Assembly: GCA_964016885.1 (NCBI GenBank)
Contig: OZ024743.1
Span: forward strand, 216,504,001 to 216,568,000
DNA length: 64,000 bases
Reading direction: 5' to 3'
Source: Eledone cirrhosa
Taxonomy: Eukaryota
Below, in pieces: positions 13,251 through 26,366 of this stretch. A program made the position numbers and the translations under genes. The notes under the pieces are model-generated. The model had not been told where the DNA came from, ran no database searches, and worked only from the letters and a program-made list of their open reading frames with translations. Numbering within the stretch: position 1 is the first letter of the stretch; each line of letters begins with the position of its first letter.

Positions 13251-13419
13251 CATCTTAGATTGTATAATATACAGGGGCGGTGAAAGAGGCAGAGAGGTCA
13301 TGGCCCCCAATAATTATATGTTTCTCTCCAAGCTAACAAATCACACATCTATACGTATATTCGCTACCATTTATGTACATTTATGTAGAAACAGGTGGGA
13401 GACATAGATATAGATATAT

Positions 13420-14860
13420 GGCGGGGAGAGTTAGGTGGTAATTGATAGAGAGAGAAAGATTGGGAGGGTATGTTGTATATAAGATTTACAGAGGGGGAGA
13501 TATTGATGTTTATTGATATACAGAGAGGAATTTGAAGAAAGTTCCGTGTAGTAGATATACAGAAGCGGAGAGTTTGGCGTTAATTCATATAGGGAGGGGG
13601 ATTGGAAGAGGGTTCCTTATAGTAGATATAGAGAACGAGAGAGTTTGGAGTGAAGTGGAAGAGAGTTCAATGTAGTAGAATGGGAGAGTTTGGTGGAAAT
13701 TGATATAGAGAAGGGGATTGGGAGAGAGTTCCATATAGTAGATAAAGAGAGGGGTTAATTGATATAGAGGGGGGATTGGGAGAGAGGGGGAGAGATATGT
13801 AGTGATGGATAGAGTGAGAGGGAATTAGAGAGAGTGTTCTATGGTAGATATAGAGAGGCTGATAGTTTGGTGATAATTGATATAGAGAGACGAATGGGAA
13901 GAGAGAGTTGCATGGTAGATATATAGAGGCGGAGAGATTGATTTTCGTTCATAGTGAGAGAGGGATATTGGAAGAAATTCCGTGCAGTAGATATAGAGAG
14001 GGGCGAGTTCGATGCTAATTGGTATAGAGAGAAGGAATTGAAGAGACTACCGTGTAGTTGATATACAGAGGGGGATAGTTTGGTGCGAATTGACTTAGGG
14101 GAATGGAAAAGAGTCCTGTATAGTATACAAAGGGGAGAGTTTCGTGATATAGAGAGGGGGTCGGGAGAATATGTTGTATGGTTTATGTAGATAGGTCGAG
14201 AGTTTGGTGGTAATGAATAGAGTGAAAGCATTAATAGAGGTAGTTATAGATAGATTTAGAGAGGGGGAGAGTTTGGTAGTGATGGATAGAGTAAGAGGGA
14301 ATGAGGGACAGTGACGGATGGTAGATATAGAGAGAGGGATAGTTCGGTGCTAATTAATATATCAAGGAGGAGTTGGGAAAGAGAGGGTGAGAGAATGTTG
14401 TATGGTAGATATAAAGAGAAGGATAGTTTCGTGGTAATTGATATAGTGATGAGGGTTGGGAAATGTGTTGTATATTAGATATAGAGATGTTTATTGATAT
14501 AGCGATGGGTATTGGAAGAGAGTTCCGTGTAGTAGATATTGAGAGGGGGACTAGAAGACAGTACCATGTTGTAGATATAGAAGGGGAGAGTTTCGGGTTA
14601 ACTGAATTATAGAGGAGGACGGGAAGAGAGTTCCATGTAGTAGATATAGAGAGGCGAAGTTTGTTGTTATGTGATACAGACTGAAGGATTGAAATAGAGT
14701 TACGCGTAGTAGATATAAAGAAGGGGGGAGTTTGGTGTTAATTGATATAGTGAGGGGGATTTTGAGAGTAGTTGGTATGTCTGATGTAGGTAGGGGGAGA
14801 GTTGGGGTGTAATGAATACAGTGAGAGGATTGATAGAGAGAAGTATGGATATATATATTG
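13420..14860. repeat. Degenerate purine-rich minisatellite (unit about 65-70 bp)
   Basis: Recurring gtagtagatatagagagggggagagtttggtg.taattgatatagagagggg.attggaagagagttcc. Confidence 0.8.
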
Positions 14861-14952
14861 AGCTTGAGAGTTCGATAGTGGCGGAGTGTGTGAGAGAGAA
14901 TGAGAGAGAGAGTGTTGTACGTTTTTTAAATATAAATATAATTATTATTAGA

Positions 14953-15143
14953 GCGATGGATTGGCAGTATCGGTAGAGGGTCGGACGCCATGCTTTGACG
15001 CATAGAGTTACGGCCCTTGCCATTCTGAGTTCAAATCCCACCGAGGTTAACTTTGCCTTTCATCCTTACGGGGTTGATAAAATAAAGTACCAGTAATAAA
15101 CTGGCTAATTGCAGGCCTTGTGCCAAAAGTAGAAACAATTATT
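14953..15143 (+). mobile_element. SINE (same family as 11301), followed by a partial head copy at 15157-15254
   Basis: Near-identical core and tail ...ccttgtgccaaaagtagaaacaattatta. Confidence 0.85.
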
Positions 15144-15908
15144 AGATCACCCAGCTGTGGTGAATTGACAGTATCAGCAGAGGGTCGGATGCCATGCTTC
15201 GCAGCGTAGAGTTACAGCCCCTTACACTATGGCGTCAAATCCCACCGAGGTTACCGCAGGACAAAATATTCATAAAGTAATTGAGCTGAAAAATTAAGGC
15301 AACTCAAAGACAGGAACGTTGATTTCAAATCTAACTCGGTCATACTTAAAAACGAGCCTCCGTACAAAATTCAGTGTGATTTCTACTATAGCACCATTGA
15401 GTTAATAATTGCCACGGTAGTAAAATGTGCTTGAGTGAAAACTGACGCAAGTCGTTATATATATATATATATATACAACGACCTACATCAGGTTCCCCTC
15501 AAGCAAATTTTACTGACGAGTCACTTTCGGAAAAATCAAAACAGTGGGATTAAACACGAAACAACATGGTTGTGAAGTGATGAACATAACCCTCTAGTTG
15601 TGCCTATATCAACTATTTTCTCATCAAATAACCTCTATAGTATCGCATGCACTATCATGAGATAGTAATTATTACGTTTTTCTTTTGCAGGGTGAGACAG
15701 CTTAGAATCAGGGATCTGCAGGTATCAAAGCCTCTATAAAAATTTGACATTTCTGTAACAAATGAAAATATAAAATAATACAATAAAATGCAGCTTGCTG
15801 GTTCTTACCAAATTAAACTATAGATTACATTTTATAGTGTTCACTGCTCAATGGTCGAAACTGTTTGTGCAGCCCGGTATTAGATGTGTTTTCGGTGCAT
15901 TATATTTC

Positions 15909-16092
15909 ATGGATTGGCAGTATCGGTAGAGGGTCGGATGCCATGCTTTCCAGCATAGTTACGTCCCTTAACGATCTGAGTTCAAATCCCGCTGAAGTTG
16001 ACTTTGCCTTTCATCCTTACGGGGTCGATAAAATAAAGTACCAGTAATGCACTGGGCCTTTTGCTGGCCTTTTGCCAAAAAGTAGAAACATT
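15909..16092 (+). mobile_element. SINE (same family as 11301)
   Basis: ggattggcagtatcggtagagggtcgga...ggggtcgataaaataaagtaccag...agtagaaac. Confidence 0.85.
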
Positions 16093-16643
16093 ATATTTCA
16101 TTAATTTTATACTTTAAAATTTCTTCCAAACTTTCCCCCTTCCCTTTCTAGTTTTGTTACTCTACCTCGCTATTGTTGTGTCTATTCTACATCTGACTTT
16201 CGCAAACTTGTGTAGCATAGCTTTTATTTTGTAACAGTGAAACGAGTGATACCATGGAAATTAATGGTCTGTATCGGCAAGTAACCCATATCAAAAGTTC
16301 GCAGAGTGGACTATATCAGTATACAAAAGAAGGCGGAGAAATCTGACATTTACATTCTACTTTCTGCAGTTCAAGGACTCGATTCACTGGCCAAATCTAC
16401 CGGCACACTGCAGCAAAATCAAACCAGCAAGCAAATGAATAGTCTGTTGTTTCATTATTGGTCCGTTCTATATATAACAATGTAGCATTCACACCTTTTA
16501 TCTTCTCTGACGTCAGCATTATAATCTGTTGTCGCCATATTTGATTTCAAGTCTCCATTGTTTTATGTTTCTATGCATGTGTGCCCATGTGTCTAAGTGT
16601 AAGTATATATATATATGTACGTATATACGTATATATGTACGTA

Positions 16644-16724
<81 letters not shown>

Positions 16725-17293
16725 GTATATATGTAGTTTTCTATGGAGACATAAGTGACTAACTGAACATATCTTTGTGTGTGTTTCTGTGTGTATGGTA
16801 TTGTTTTGATTTTCTCTCATCTAAATTCTCTGAATACGTTTCAACATTTTCTCTATCAATTCATTTCCATAACCTATCTTTGTTTCTCTTCATTCACTAT
16901 TAAATACATATTTATGACGAACTTCTCTCTAATTGTTTCTATATCTTATTTCATTCTCCCAGTACACTCTTTCTCCCTTCTCTCGCTCCGTCATATCTGC
17001 AGTGTTTATGTCTTTGTCCCACATGTATTATTAGTGTTCATTATCTCTGTATTGTTTCTATTTTCTCTCTAAACCACTCGGTGTCTGTTTCTAGTTCGTT
17101 GCCTAATTCGGATATTATGTACTAAAGCTCAGACATTCTTTTATTCTAGCGACGTATTGACTCATTCAGTACTAACTCTAATACTTTATCTTCATTCCAT
17201 ATGTATGGTAAGTCCCATTCTTTATTCCTCATGTGTGGGGTTTCCAAGGCTCAGAGTTTCAGGCTATGGACTTCATTTTATCGGTGGTATGTG

Positions 17294-17354
<61 letters not shown>

Positions 17355-17451
17355 AACGGCTTCTACGGGAGGTAGCCCTAAAGCCAAGGACACCAGAAAT
17401 CTCCATTGCTATTGGCTCAACGAAACCTGTTTCAATCGGGAGAAATCATAA

Positions 17452-17502
17452 GTTTGCCTGATGATTTCTCCCTAATGAAACAGTTCTAGTCCTGTAGAAG
17501 GC
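17452..17502 (+). ncRNA. Hammerhead ribozyme (family A)
   Basis: gtttgc CTGATGA ... GAAA cag-ttctagtc-ctg TA gaaggc. The downstream 80 bp are homologous to 3252-3330 and 39343-39430. Confidence 0.7.
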
Positions 17503-17671
17503 ATTTCTACATTAAATATATATACTCTGCTATGTATTGAGTAACTTACTTACTATGGTTACCACCGATTGAACCCAGGATAAGCCTTCTTGTAATTATT
17601 TCAACATTGTTTACTTTGATATTGTAACTAAGCATAAGTATATATATATGATATGTATATATATATATATG

Positions 17672-17749
<78 letters not shown>

Positions 17750-17751
17750 TC

Positions 17752-17786
<35 letters not shown>

Positions 17787-17816
17787 GCACCTCTGTTTAC
17801 CTCCTCTTTCTATATA

Positions 17817-17854
<38 letters not shown>

Positions 17855-17855
<1 letters not shown>

Positions 17856-17948
17856 CAAAGGAGTTGTGGTAAGGAACCAGATGGACCATAACGCACCTGA
17901 GTATTTAATACTTAGGGTAGTAGCTCTGCCGTCGGGGTGATACTTTTT

Positions 17949-17950
<2 letters not shown>
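17855..17950. mobile_element. Small inverted fragment of family B PLE terminal repeat
   Basis: 17855-17922 is the reverse complement of 24012-24082 and is joined to plus-strand gctctgccgtcggggt. Confidence 0.65.
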
Positions 17951-18009
<59 letters not shown>

Positions 18010-18072
18010 GCACACACACACACACACAGAGAGAGACACACACGCACATACATGTATATATATATATATATA

Positions 18073-18946
18073 CGAGGTGGGTCAGAAAAGTTCCAGGACT
18101 GATGTCACAAAAGATTTATTTCAAGCCCAAACTTCACACTAAGAGTTTCCTCCTTCAAAGTAATCACCCTGGAGTCTAATGCACTTTTCCATTCTTTTCT
18201 GCCACGCTTGCATTCACTTCTGGAAGGATTCTTCTGGGATCCTCCGCACTTCCGTCGTCACGACCTTTTTGATGTTGTCTACGTCTTCAAAATGGGTCCC
18301 CTCCTGTCGTACTCGAAGACCCATGACTAATCACCGGTGTTGACTGTCCCTAGCAAGTCTGGTTCGGGTTCAAGACGCTCGAAGATGTCCTGGCTCACTT
18401 GCATGGGTCGACCCTTCTGGTCATCGTTCAGCAGTTTTGGCACCATCTTCGTGCAGACTTTCCGCATGTCCAAATCTTCAGTGAGAATCTTCCAGACACT
18501 GTCCCGATTCATGCCCAGCTCATTTGCCATCAGTCGAACAGTCAGCCGACGATCGCTACGCACCATCTGCCTGACGTGCTCAACGTTGACATCAGTCCTG
18601 GTTGTTGAGGGCCTTCCGCTCCTGAGGTCATCTTCCACGTTCTCGCGTCCTTCTTTAAACCTCTTGCACCACTCAAAACCACGTGAGCGTGAGATCGTCT
18701 CATCTCGAGACAGTTGCTGCAGCAATCCCAGTGCTTCTGACGGAGGTTTCAAGTTAGTGCGTTGCTCTGCACTCATTGCTTAACGCCCTGAAACAGAGGA
18801 CATGTATATAAAATTATGAAGACAAAAGTTTGATCGCTGCAGAGAGCTAAGATTACAGTTACATACTCCAGTGGGATCAGTGTGATGTTTGGGTTTGAAA
18901 TAAATATTTTGTGACATCAGTCCTGGAACTTTTCTAACACACCTCG
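18073..18946 (-). mobile_element. Internally deleted Tc1/mariner DNA transposon
   Basis: About 68-bp TIRs (cgaggtgggtcagaaaagttccaggactgatgtcacaaaa / reverse complement) with TA target duplication at 18071-72 and 18947-48. Confidence 0.95.
18139..18776 (-). pseudogene. Mariner transposase pseudogene
   Basis: HTH region (W.KRFKEGRENVEDD.RSGRP, KMVPKLL) and TGD*SW, then a jump to the C-terminal RGTHFED...KCIRLQGDYFEG. The catalytic middle is deleted. Confidence 0.9.
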
Positions 18947-19044
18947 TATATCTCACCTCTTTTTACCTCTTCTTTCTATCCTCTTTTACGATATTGTATA
19001 TTTTTATTATTATTATACATATATGCTTTGTAGCAGAGAAATAC

Positions 19045-19177
19045 GGCCCTTTATGGTCTGAGTTCAAATCCCGCCGAGGTTAACTTTGCCTTTCATCCTT
19101 ACGGGATCGATAAAATAAAGTACCAGTAATGTACTGGGTAATTTGCTGGCATTGTGCCAAAAAGTAGAAACAATTAT
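19045..19177 (+). mobile_element. 5'-truncated SINE (same family as 11301)
   Basis: tctgagttcaaatcccgccgaggttaactttgcctttcatcc... core and tail. Confidence 0.85.
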
Positions 19178-19207
19178 ATATATATATATATATATGTATG
19201 TACGTAT

Positions 19208-19297
19208 GTTCAGCGCATTGGTAGGGGTTCTCCTACATGGATATAAAGTAGTGGCCGTACTCGAAAACGAGTTGGCAGCCACCATGTATGTATGTAT
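19208..19297 (+). mobile_element. RTE 3' tail with (ATGT)n end
   Basis: Nearly identical to 7555-7630 and ends in atgtatgtatgtatg. Confidence 0.8.
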
Positions 19298-21090
19298 GCA
19301 GGATATGGGCTAATGAATCCGTACCTGAGGACTGGAGAGATGCAGTAATGGTGGTCTTGTACAAGGGAAAGGGTAACAGGAACGATTGTGGGAACTACAG
19401 AGGTATATCATTGCTTTCTGTCGTCGGGAAAGTTTTATGTAGGGTGCTTCTGGACCGTCTGCTGACACACATTGCAGATTGTGTTCTTCCTGAAAGTCAA
19501 TCTGGTTTTCGTGCTGGACGGCACTACTGATATGATCTTCTTCGCTAGACAGCTCCAGGAGAGGTGCATGGAACAAGGCTTGGATCTGTATCAGGTTTTT
19601 GTCGATCTGACAAAAGCTTTCGATACTGTTAACAGAGATGCAACATGGAAGGTTCTCCAGAAACTTGGTTGCCCTGATAAGTTCCTTGCTTTAGTTGGTG
19701 GTAACATGTCGGAGACTATCTCAGTAAAAAATGGAGTGAAACAGGGGGATATTCCAGCACCGACCCTTTTTGCCATATAGTTTGCAATGGTTTTCTGTAT
19801 TGCATTCAGGAATTGCGAGCATGGTGTTTACATCCGATATCGAACCTCAGGCAGCATATTTAACATCAGGCGCTTTGCTGCGAAGACAAAAGTATTTACA
19901 TCAATCATAAGAGACCTCTTGTATGCAGATGATTGCGATCTTGTAGCGCACACAGAGAGTGATATGCAGCACATTTTGAATGCATTTTCTGACGCTTGAA
20001 CTGCCATAGGATTGACTGTCAGTCTTAAGAAAACCGTCGTCATGTACCAACCTGCCCCTGGTAAGCAGTACACTGAATCAAACATCTATGTGTAAGGCAA
20101 ACGACTTGGAGTGGTTGATCAGTTTGTCTACCTGGGACAATGTCAATCGATACAGCAACCTTGACAGTGAAATCTCACTTAGGATTAGGAAAGCAAGTGA
20201 TGCTTTCGGAAAGCTAGAAAGGCGACTCTGGGGTCGGCGAGACATATGCAGGAGGACAAAGGTAAAGGTGTACAGGGCATGTGTGCTCTCTTGTCTTTTT
20301 TATGCCTGCGAGACCTGGGTCACATCTCGTCACCACCTTAAGCAATTGGAGCGTTTCCATCAGATGTGTCTCAGACGGATCCATGGCGTTCACTGGAGGG
20401 ACCACATCAGTGATGTCGAAATTTTGGAAAGCTCTATGTGTGACAGTATATAAGCTCTTGTGCTTAAGCAACGACTCCGTTGGAGTGGTCACCTTGCCAG
20501 GATGAAGGATTCTAGAATACCAAAACAACTCTTTTATGAAGAGTTGGTTAAAGGAAAACGACCGCCACATAAACCAAAAAAGAGGTATAAGGATTCCTTG
20601 AAAGCCTCTCTGCTGATATATGGGAAAAATATTGCTGCTGATCGTAATAAATGGAGAAAGACTGTATATGAGGGAAAAGTTGCCTTTGAGGCATCTCGAA
20701 TCGCATACGAGAAAGTAAAGCGGGATGTGAGGAAGGGCATTGCTGTTGCACTTCCAGGCGGCGAGGGTCCTCCTATGGTGCTGACATGCAGCGTATGTGA
20801 GAGACTCTGCCTAAGCAAAGCTGGAATCGAACGTCATCTTTGCAGTCATAAAGTAAGACCAGTGGTTGACTACCAGGCTGCTGTTGGAGATGCTACTCAT
20901 CATGCTTGCCAAACATTTGGTAGAGAATGTAAATCAGCAGGAGGGCTCAAGCGACATGCAAAAGTACACGAACTCCAAACACAGCCGACTATTCCCAGTG
21001 AATGTTTTGGTTGCCGACTCTGTACAAGACATTTTAGATCATTGGCTGGGCTAAAAAGCCACATTCTATCGCAGCGCTGTTAGTTGCTAT
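19298..21090 (+). mobile_element. 5'-truncated RTE/BovB-like LINE (RT plus three C2H2 fingers), frameshifted
   Basis: NYRGISLLS, QSGFR, VDLTKAFD, GVKQGD..APTLF, LLYADD, RLRWSGHLARM and C-terminal CxxC..H..H motifs, with stops and frameshifts. Confidence 0.92.
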
Positions 21091-21190
21091 CGTGTGTGTG
21101 TGTGTGTATAGATATGCTTATGTGTGTGCGTGTGTGTGTATATATATATGTATATGTATATTATTATTGTTGTTGTCGTTATTATTATTG

Positions 21191-21228
<38 letters not shown>

Positions 21229-21294
21229 GTCATTATGTGTGTGTGGGGGGTGGGGGGGTGTATATATATATATATATATATAGGAACCAGTAAG

Positions 21295-21388
21295 ACCCCG
21301 ACGGCTGAGCTCAAGCCGTTTCGACGGCTAATTCTGGACTAAATGAAAATGTATCCTGGTATTTAAATAGCCGAGCTTCTCAAGGGGT
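21295..21388 (-). ncRNA. Hammerhead ribozyme, U3:A8 core variant (family B, inverted copy)
   Basis: Reverse complement of 23896-23989. Confidence 0.75.
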
Positions 21389-23253
21389 AATTCCATATAT
21401 GGTCAAAGTGATTGTCAAAAGTCAGTAGTAATTATGTGATTGCAAATTAGTAGGGGAGATGGTGGCTAAACCTGCCAATAGGAGAAAAAGTGGAGGGGGT
21501 GGAGTAGACCCAATCATGCGTTGGTAGTGCCATCTACAGCTGGGCATGAGGTCAAAGAAGATACTGGGGAGGGGGAGGGGGAGGAAGTCGAAACGGTAGG
21601 TAGAACAATGAGGGGTAAAAAATATATATGAAAGAAAAAATACTGAGAGTGATGAAAAGCGAATAAGTGTAAAGAAAAAAAGAGTATAAAAGCAAGTTCT
21701 ACGACCTAAGTCTCGAGCTATTGTTAGGCTAGATAAATAAATAAATAAAGAAATAAATAAAGAAATAACGAAATAAGTAAATAAACTAGGTGGGACGGAA
21801 TAGGCAAGGACCCTTTTAAGAGGTATAAGTACGTAAATCATACGGTGACGGGTCAACAAATGGGGCCAAAATACTAAAGAAACTACCACGAGATAAATAA
21901 TAAAGATTTCTATCCAGGGGCACAAGGCCAGCAACCACCCAGTGCAGCAAAGTAAACTAGTACGAGATAATAATACTGAGTCCCGAAAAAAAAAATATAT
22001 CCTACTGTCCAGCTCCCATTAGCGGAACCAGCAGGAGACACCGCCGCTCACGCAATGTAACATGGTTCAATCCTCCCCACAACGCAGAGGTGACAACTCC
22101 CATCGGGAAACTATTCTTTAGGCCCATTGAAAAACACTTCCCACTACAACACCGCTACTACAACATAATTAACAAAAATACCATCAAAATACCATCAAAC
22201 ATCACTACACCAAACTTCGCACAAAACATCGTCTCCTCTAACAACAAAAAACTCAGCACCGATGGAAGAAATAAACTAAATAGCAGTGGAGAGCCGACCA
22301 GGAGGTGCAACTGTCCGGATAGATCCATTTGCCCCCTCTACAATAGATGCAGAGATCGTAATGTGATCTACCAGTGCAACGTGAGGACGGACACCTCCAA
22401 CAAAGCTTATATAGGACTAACCGCATGTGACTTCATGACCCGGCTATACCAACACAGACATACCGTCCGAAAACCCGGCCCGGCGTCACGCCACTACACT
22501 TTCGGGCCACATATGGGACCTCAAGGACAACAACATCACATATGATCTCACTTGGAGATTACTGTCCAGAGCCAATTCTTACACCGGATGACGCCGTTCG
22601 TGCAATTTATGCTCGGAGGAAACTTTACAAATGCTGTTTTCGACGGACCAACTCGGAAACAAGAAAGATGAACTGGTTACTGCATGTAAACATAGATTGC
22701 ATAGGACTTACCTCGCCCTCAAACCCCATAATGACCCGGGGAGGTAGACTATAACACCCCACTTGCCGATTTTGCAATGGGTAACCCCTGCTTGCCAAGG
22801 GAGACGTAAGATCTTCTTTTTATTCTTTTATCGCTTCCTTTATTTCCTTCTTCCCCCCATCCCTCCTTAGTCCTTCTACCCCAGTTCTTCTTCTTTGTCG
22901 GCGTCTTTTCTCGCCCACCTGCGGCTGCCCTTTGGCCCCTTTTAGCCTCAGTACCCCCACCCCCTCCCCTAGTCTATGATAGATTTGGCGGAGTCCGCTT
23001 TTTTAGCAGTTGTGTTAGACCTCGGATACTTGCCCCCTTTTCCGACCGCTCCCACTATTTTCCGTGCCTTCTATATTTCTTAGTGGCACTTATGCCTTAT
23101 TCTCTCGTTTCAGTATTTCTTTCTCCTCTTTTCTTTTGGGCGGGGTGGATTCTGAATTTATTTTTCCGTTTTCTAGCTTTACTTCGTACGAACTTTCATG
23201 TAGCTTGTATAAGATCTTTTGTAGCGCGGCGGTACCTTTAGTGTTAGGATTAG

Positions 23254-23287
<34 letters not shown>

Positions 23288-23895
23288 TTTTTTTCGGGAC
23301 TCAGTATTATTATCTCGTACTAGTTTACTTTCCTGCACTGGGTGGTTGCTGGCCTTGTGCCCGGGATAGAAACCTTTATTATTTATCTCGTGGTAGTTTC
23401 TTTAGTATTTTGGCCCCATTTGTTGACCCGTCACCGTATGATTTACGTACTTATACCTCTTAAAAGGGTCCTTGTCTATTCCGTCCCACCTAGTTTATTT
23501 ACTTATTTCGTTATTTCTTTATTTATTTCTTTCTTTATTTATTTATTTATCTAGCCTAACAATAGCTAGAGACTTAGGTCGTAGAACTTGCTTGTATACT
23601 CTATTTTTCTTTACACTTATTCGCTTTTCATCACTCTCAGTATTTTTTCTTTCATATATATATGTTTACCCCTCATTGTTCTACCTACTGTTTCAACTTC
23701 CTCCCCCTCCCCCTCCCCAGTATCTTCTTTGACCTCATGCCCAGCTGTAGATGGCACTACCAACGCATGATTGGGTCTACTCCACCCCCTCCCCTTTTTC
23801 TCCTACTGGCAGGTTTAGCCACCATCTTCCCTACTAATTTGCAATCACATAATTACTACTGACTTTTGACAATCACTTTGACCATATATGGAATT

Positions 23896-23989
23896 ACCCC
23901 TTGAGAAGCTCGGCTATTTAAATACCAGGATAAATTTTCATTTAGTCCAGAATTAGCCGTCGAAACGGCTTGAGCTCAGCCGTCGGGGT
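23896..23989 (+). ncRNA. Hammerhead ribozyme, U3:A8 core variant (family B)
   Basis: acccc TTGAGAA g..cggcta...tagccg.c GAAA cggct-tgagctc-agccg TC ggggt. Confidence 0.8.
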
Positions 23990-24149
23990 TTTACTGGTTC
24001 CTATTTCCCACTCTACTACCCTAAGTATTGAGTACTTTGGTGTGTTATGGTCCACCTGGTTCCTGACCACATTTCCTTCGTTATATATATATATATATAT
24101 ATTTCTTTTTTTTTATTTTATTTTATTTTTTTTTTTTTTTTTTTTTTTT

Positions 24150-24227
24150 CCTCTTCGTGCAATGGCCATACTCGATAACGAGGGGGCAGCCATCATGTAT
24201 GTATGTATGTATGTATGTATGTATGTA
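24150..24227 (+). mobile_element. RTE 3' tail with (ATGT)n
   Basis: tggccatactcgataacgagggggcagccatc(atgt)n, homologous to 19250-19297. Confidence 0.7.
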
Positions 24228-24457
24228 TTTATAATCGCGAATATAGCGAATATATTTTCCATAATGTTTAATATATATATTTGTGTGTGTGAGTGTATGT
24301 GTGTATCCGTATGTAATTGATGACTGTGAGACAAAAGAACTCACTACCGAATTAGAGTTCAAATATTAAATTCGTTAAGGTTAAATAGTGATCCCGAGAG
24401 AAGCATGTGAAACTTCAGAATAACAAGATTCACTATTTAGTCTTCATATAACGAAGA

Positions 24458-24600
24458 TCTACTATATAAATGGCAATTTCTGTCTGTCTGTGTGTAACCA
24501 GATGGCGTCTAAAGCAGTGATCCGATCCTGATGAAACTTTACACACATGTTAAGCTAATATTCAGAAATAGGGCTGGCTAATTGGATTTTAAAAAAAGTC
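24458..24600 (+). mobile_element. Helitron-like 5' end
   Basis: A|TCTACTATATAAA...ctgtctgtctgtgtg...ccgatcctgatgaaacttt is typical of non-autonomous animal Helitron heads. The 3' CTAG hairpin was not located. Confidence 0.55.
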
Positions 24601-25444
24601 AATAATGCACTCTCTGGGGAAATTAAACACTCCCTCCCATTAATCCCCAACCTCCTCCCAAAACACAGTCCTCCAAAACGACGCAACAACTTATTTGTAT
24701 TTTTTATTTTTCATTCTTTAGAGAATGAATGGAGATAAGAGAGAAAGAGAGGGAATGGGAAAGAGAGGGTAAGGGACAGAGAGGGGGATGAGAGAGAGAG
24801 AAAGAGAGCCAAAGGAAGAGAGAGAGATAGAAAGAGAGCCAAAGAAAGAGAAAGAGAGAGAGAGAGAGATAGAAAGAGATCCAAAGAAAGAGAGCGAGGG
24901 GGGATTAGGGAAGAGAGAGAAAGATAACAGAAACATGTTAGCATAGTTCGATAACTAACTTTTATTTACTTATTTTTTAAACACTTCTTAACTAACCCCT
25001 TTTCTTAACGTTACTTCTCCTTCTCTCTCTCTTTGACAAAAGTCATAATGAGACTCTGTGTGTATATGAGATCGTGTGCGTGCACGCGCGCGCGTGTGTA
25101 TCTGGGCGTTGTGAAATTAGAGACAAATGTGTGTGTTTATCACCGTACTTAAGTTAGAGACATATATATCCCAGTCTACTGTCTCATGTATGTATATAAA
25201 TATATAAAGCAAACATGAAAGGTTGTATGTGACACATCGATCTACTAGAAATATTAGCAAAATTCATCTCAAATCACAGTAAAAAGTATTACACACAGAC
25301 ACACACACACACATGCATGTGTGTGTATGTATGTCATGGAAGCCACTATAGCTGCTGGTGTACCTAAAAAACATAGAAAACAAATCTCCCTCAAACAAAA
25401 TCCTACTGCCATAGAGGTAAAAGTTGGTGAAAGCTAGAGTGTAA

Positions 25445-25730
25445 AAATGTTGATTAACCCAGGCTCTACTCCAATTTGGACCAAGGAGCGTAAACTCTCC
25501 AAATATCGGTCGCTCTCCGACAGGTTTGTTGTTGAGCCCATAGCAATGGAGATTTCTGGTGTCCTTGGTTTTAGGGCTACTCCCAACTCACCAACACCGG
25601 CACAGAGTTGGCTACCCACAGGGGTGAGCCTCGCAAGCAGGAATGGATATTCCAGCGCGTCTCCCTCACCATCCTCTATTCCGACCGCCGGGGCTGCTGG
25701 GCGGCCAGTGCGTGGGCCCCCATTTGCTCA
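25445..25730 (+). pseudogene. 3' fragment of CRE-type non-LTR retrotransposon (RLE endonuclease C-terminus)
   Basis: KLSKYRSLSDRFVVEPIAMEISGVLG, then after a frameshift EWIFQRVSLTIL. Homologous to 30596-30900. Confidence 0.7.
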
Positions 25731-26366
25731 TAATAGTGAGTGACCGGGAGATCGGGATAGGTGGAGGCAGTGACAATGGGAGTTTGGTTCCTTACACACA
25801 TTTAAATAAACTTTCCTGAATTACAGAAATGAGTAAGTAAATTCTTCATTCATTCATAAACCAATGGTAAATGTATGTTTTTATTTTATTTCATTTATGC
25901 TTTTTAAAATAGCCTTCACATTTTGTTCGAATTTCAGATTTTCAATTGTGCAAAAAAAAAAAGGATAAATAAAATCTAAATTTATTTTTTTGGTCATGCC
26001 CTTTTCACGGACAACATACCTAATGATTCTTCCAAGTGCAAAGCATTATATATGCTGATTGTAATAAGGAGCAATATTAAAAAAATCACCACTGGACAAA
26101 ACTAATAATACTTTTATTTACCTGATTTGCTTTAAACAAACGGCAATAAATATGTTGCTCTAATTCTTACTTTAGTTAAAATTCAGCAATCATATTTCAA
26201 TGGTGAAATATGTGAGTGCTGAAATAATCATACTACCACCAACTCAGTGCATTGATACGAAATTAACCTGTCAACACCCAAGGACACTTTCATTGGTATT
26301 GTTATGGACATCAAGAATATATTTCCATAACACTATCATTATACTGCACAGTTCTACCATTACTAT

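Larger units (their letters stand above)
21283..24082 (+). mobile_element. 5'-truncated Penelope-like element with inverted 5' terminal repeat (family B)
   Basis: ORF remnant 22050-22730 (WFNPP, KHFP..HRY, CNC....CPL, IY..AYIG). 21283-21994 is the reverse complement of 23285-24001. (TA)n at both ends. Confidence 0.9.

Noticed and set aside
13839-14231. 130-aa S/L/P-rich ORF
   Set aside because: Antisense reading of the purine-rich minisatellite.
15513-15542. CTGACGA...GAAA hammerhead-like string
   Set aside because: No stem II or stem I pairing, and it lies in a decayed SINE-like segment.
21422-21934. 170-aa hydrophobic ORF, with similar ORFs at 23342-23862
   Set aside because: It lies in the T-rich PLE 3' UTR, and the frame is not conserved between the two inverted copies.
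24528-24545. CTGATGA motif
   Set aside because: Part of the Helitron-like head, with no downstream GAAA/stem arrangement.
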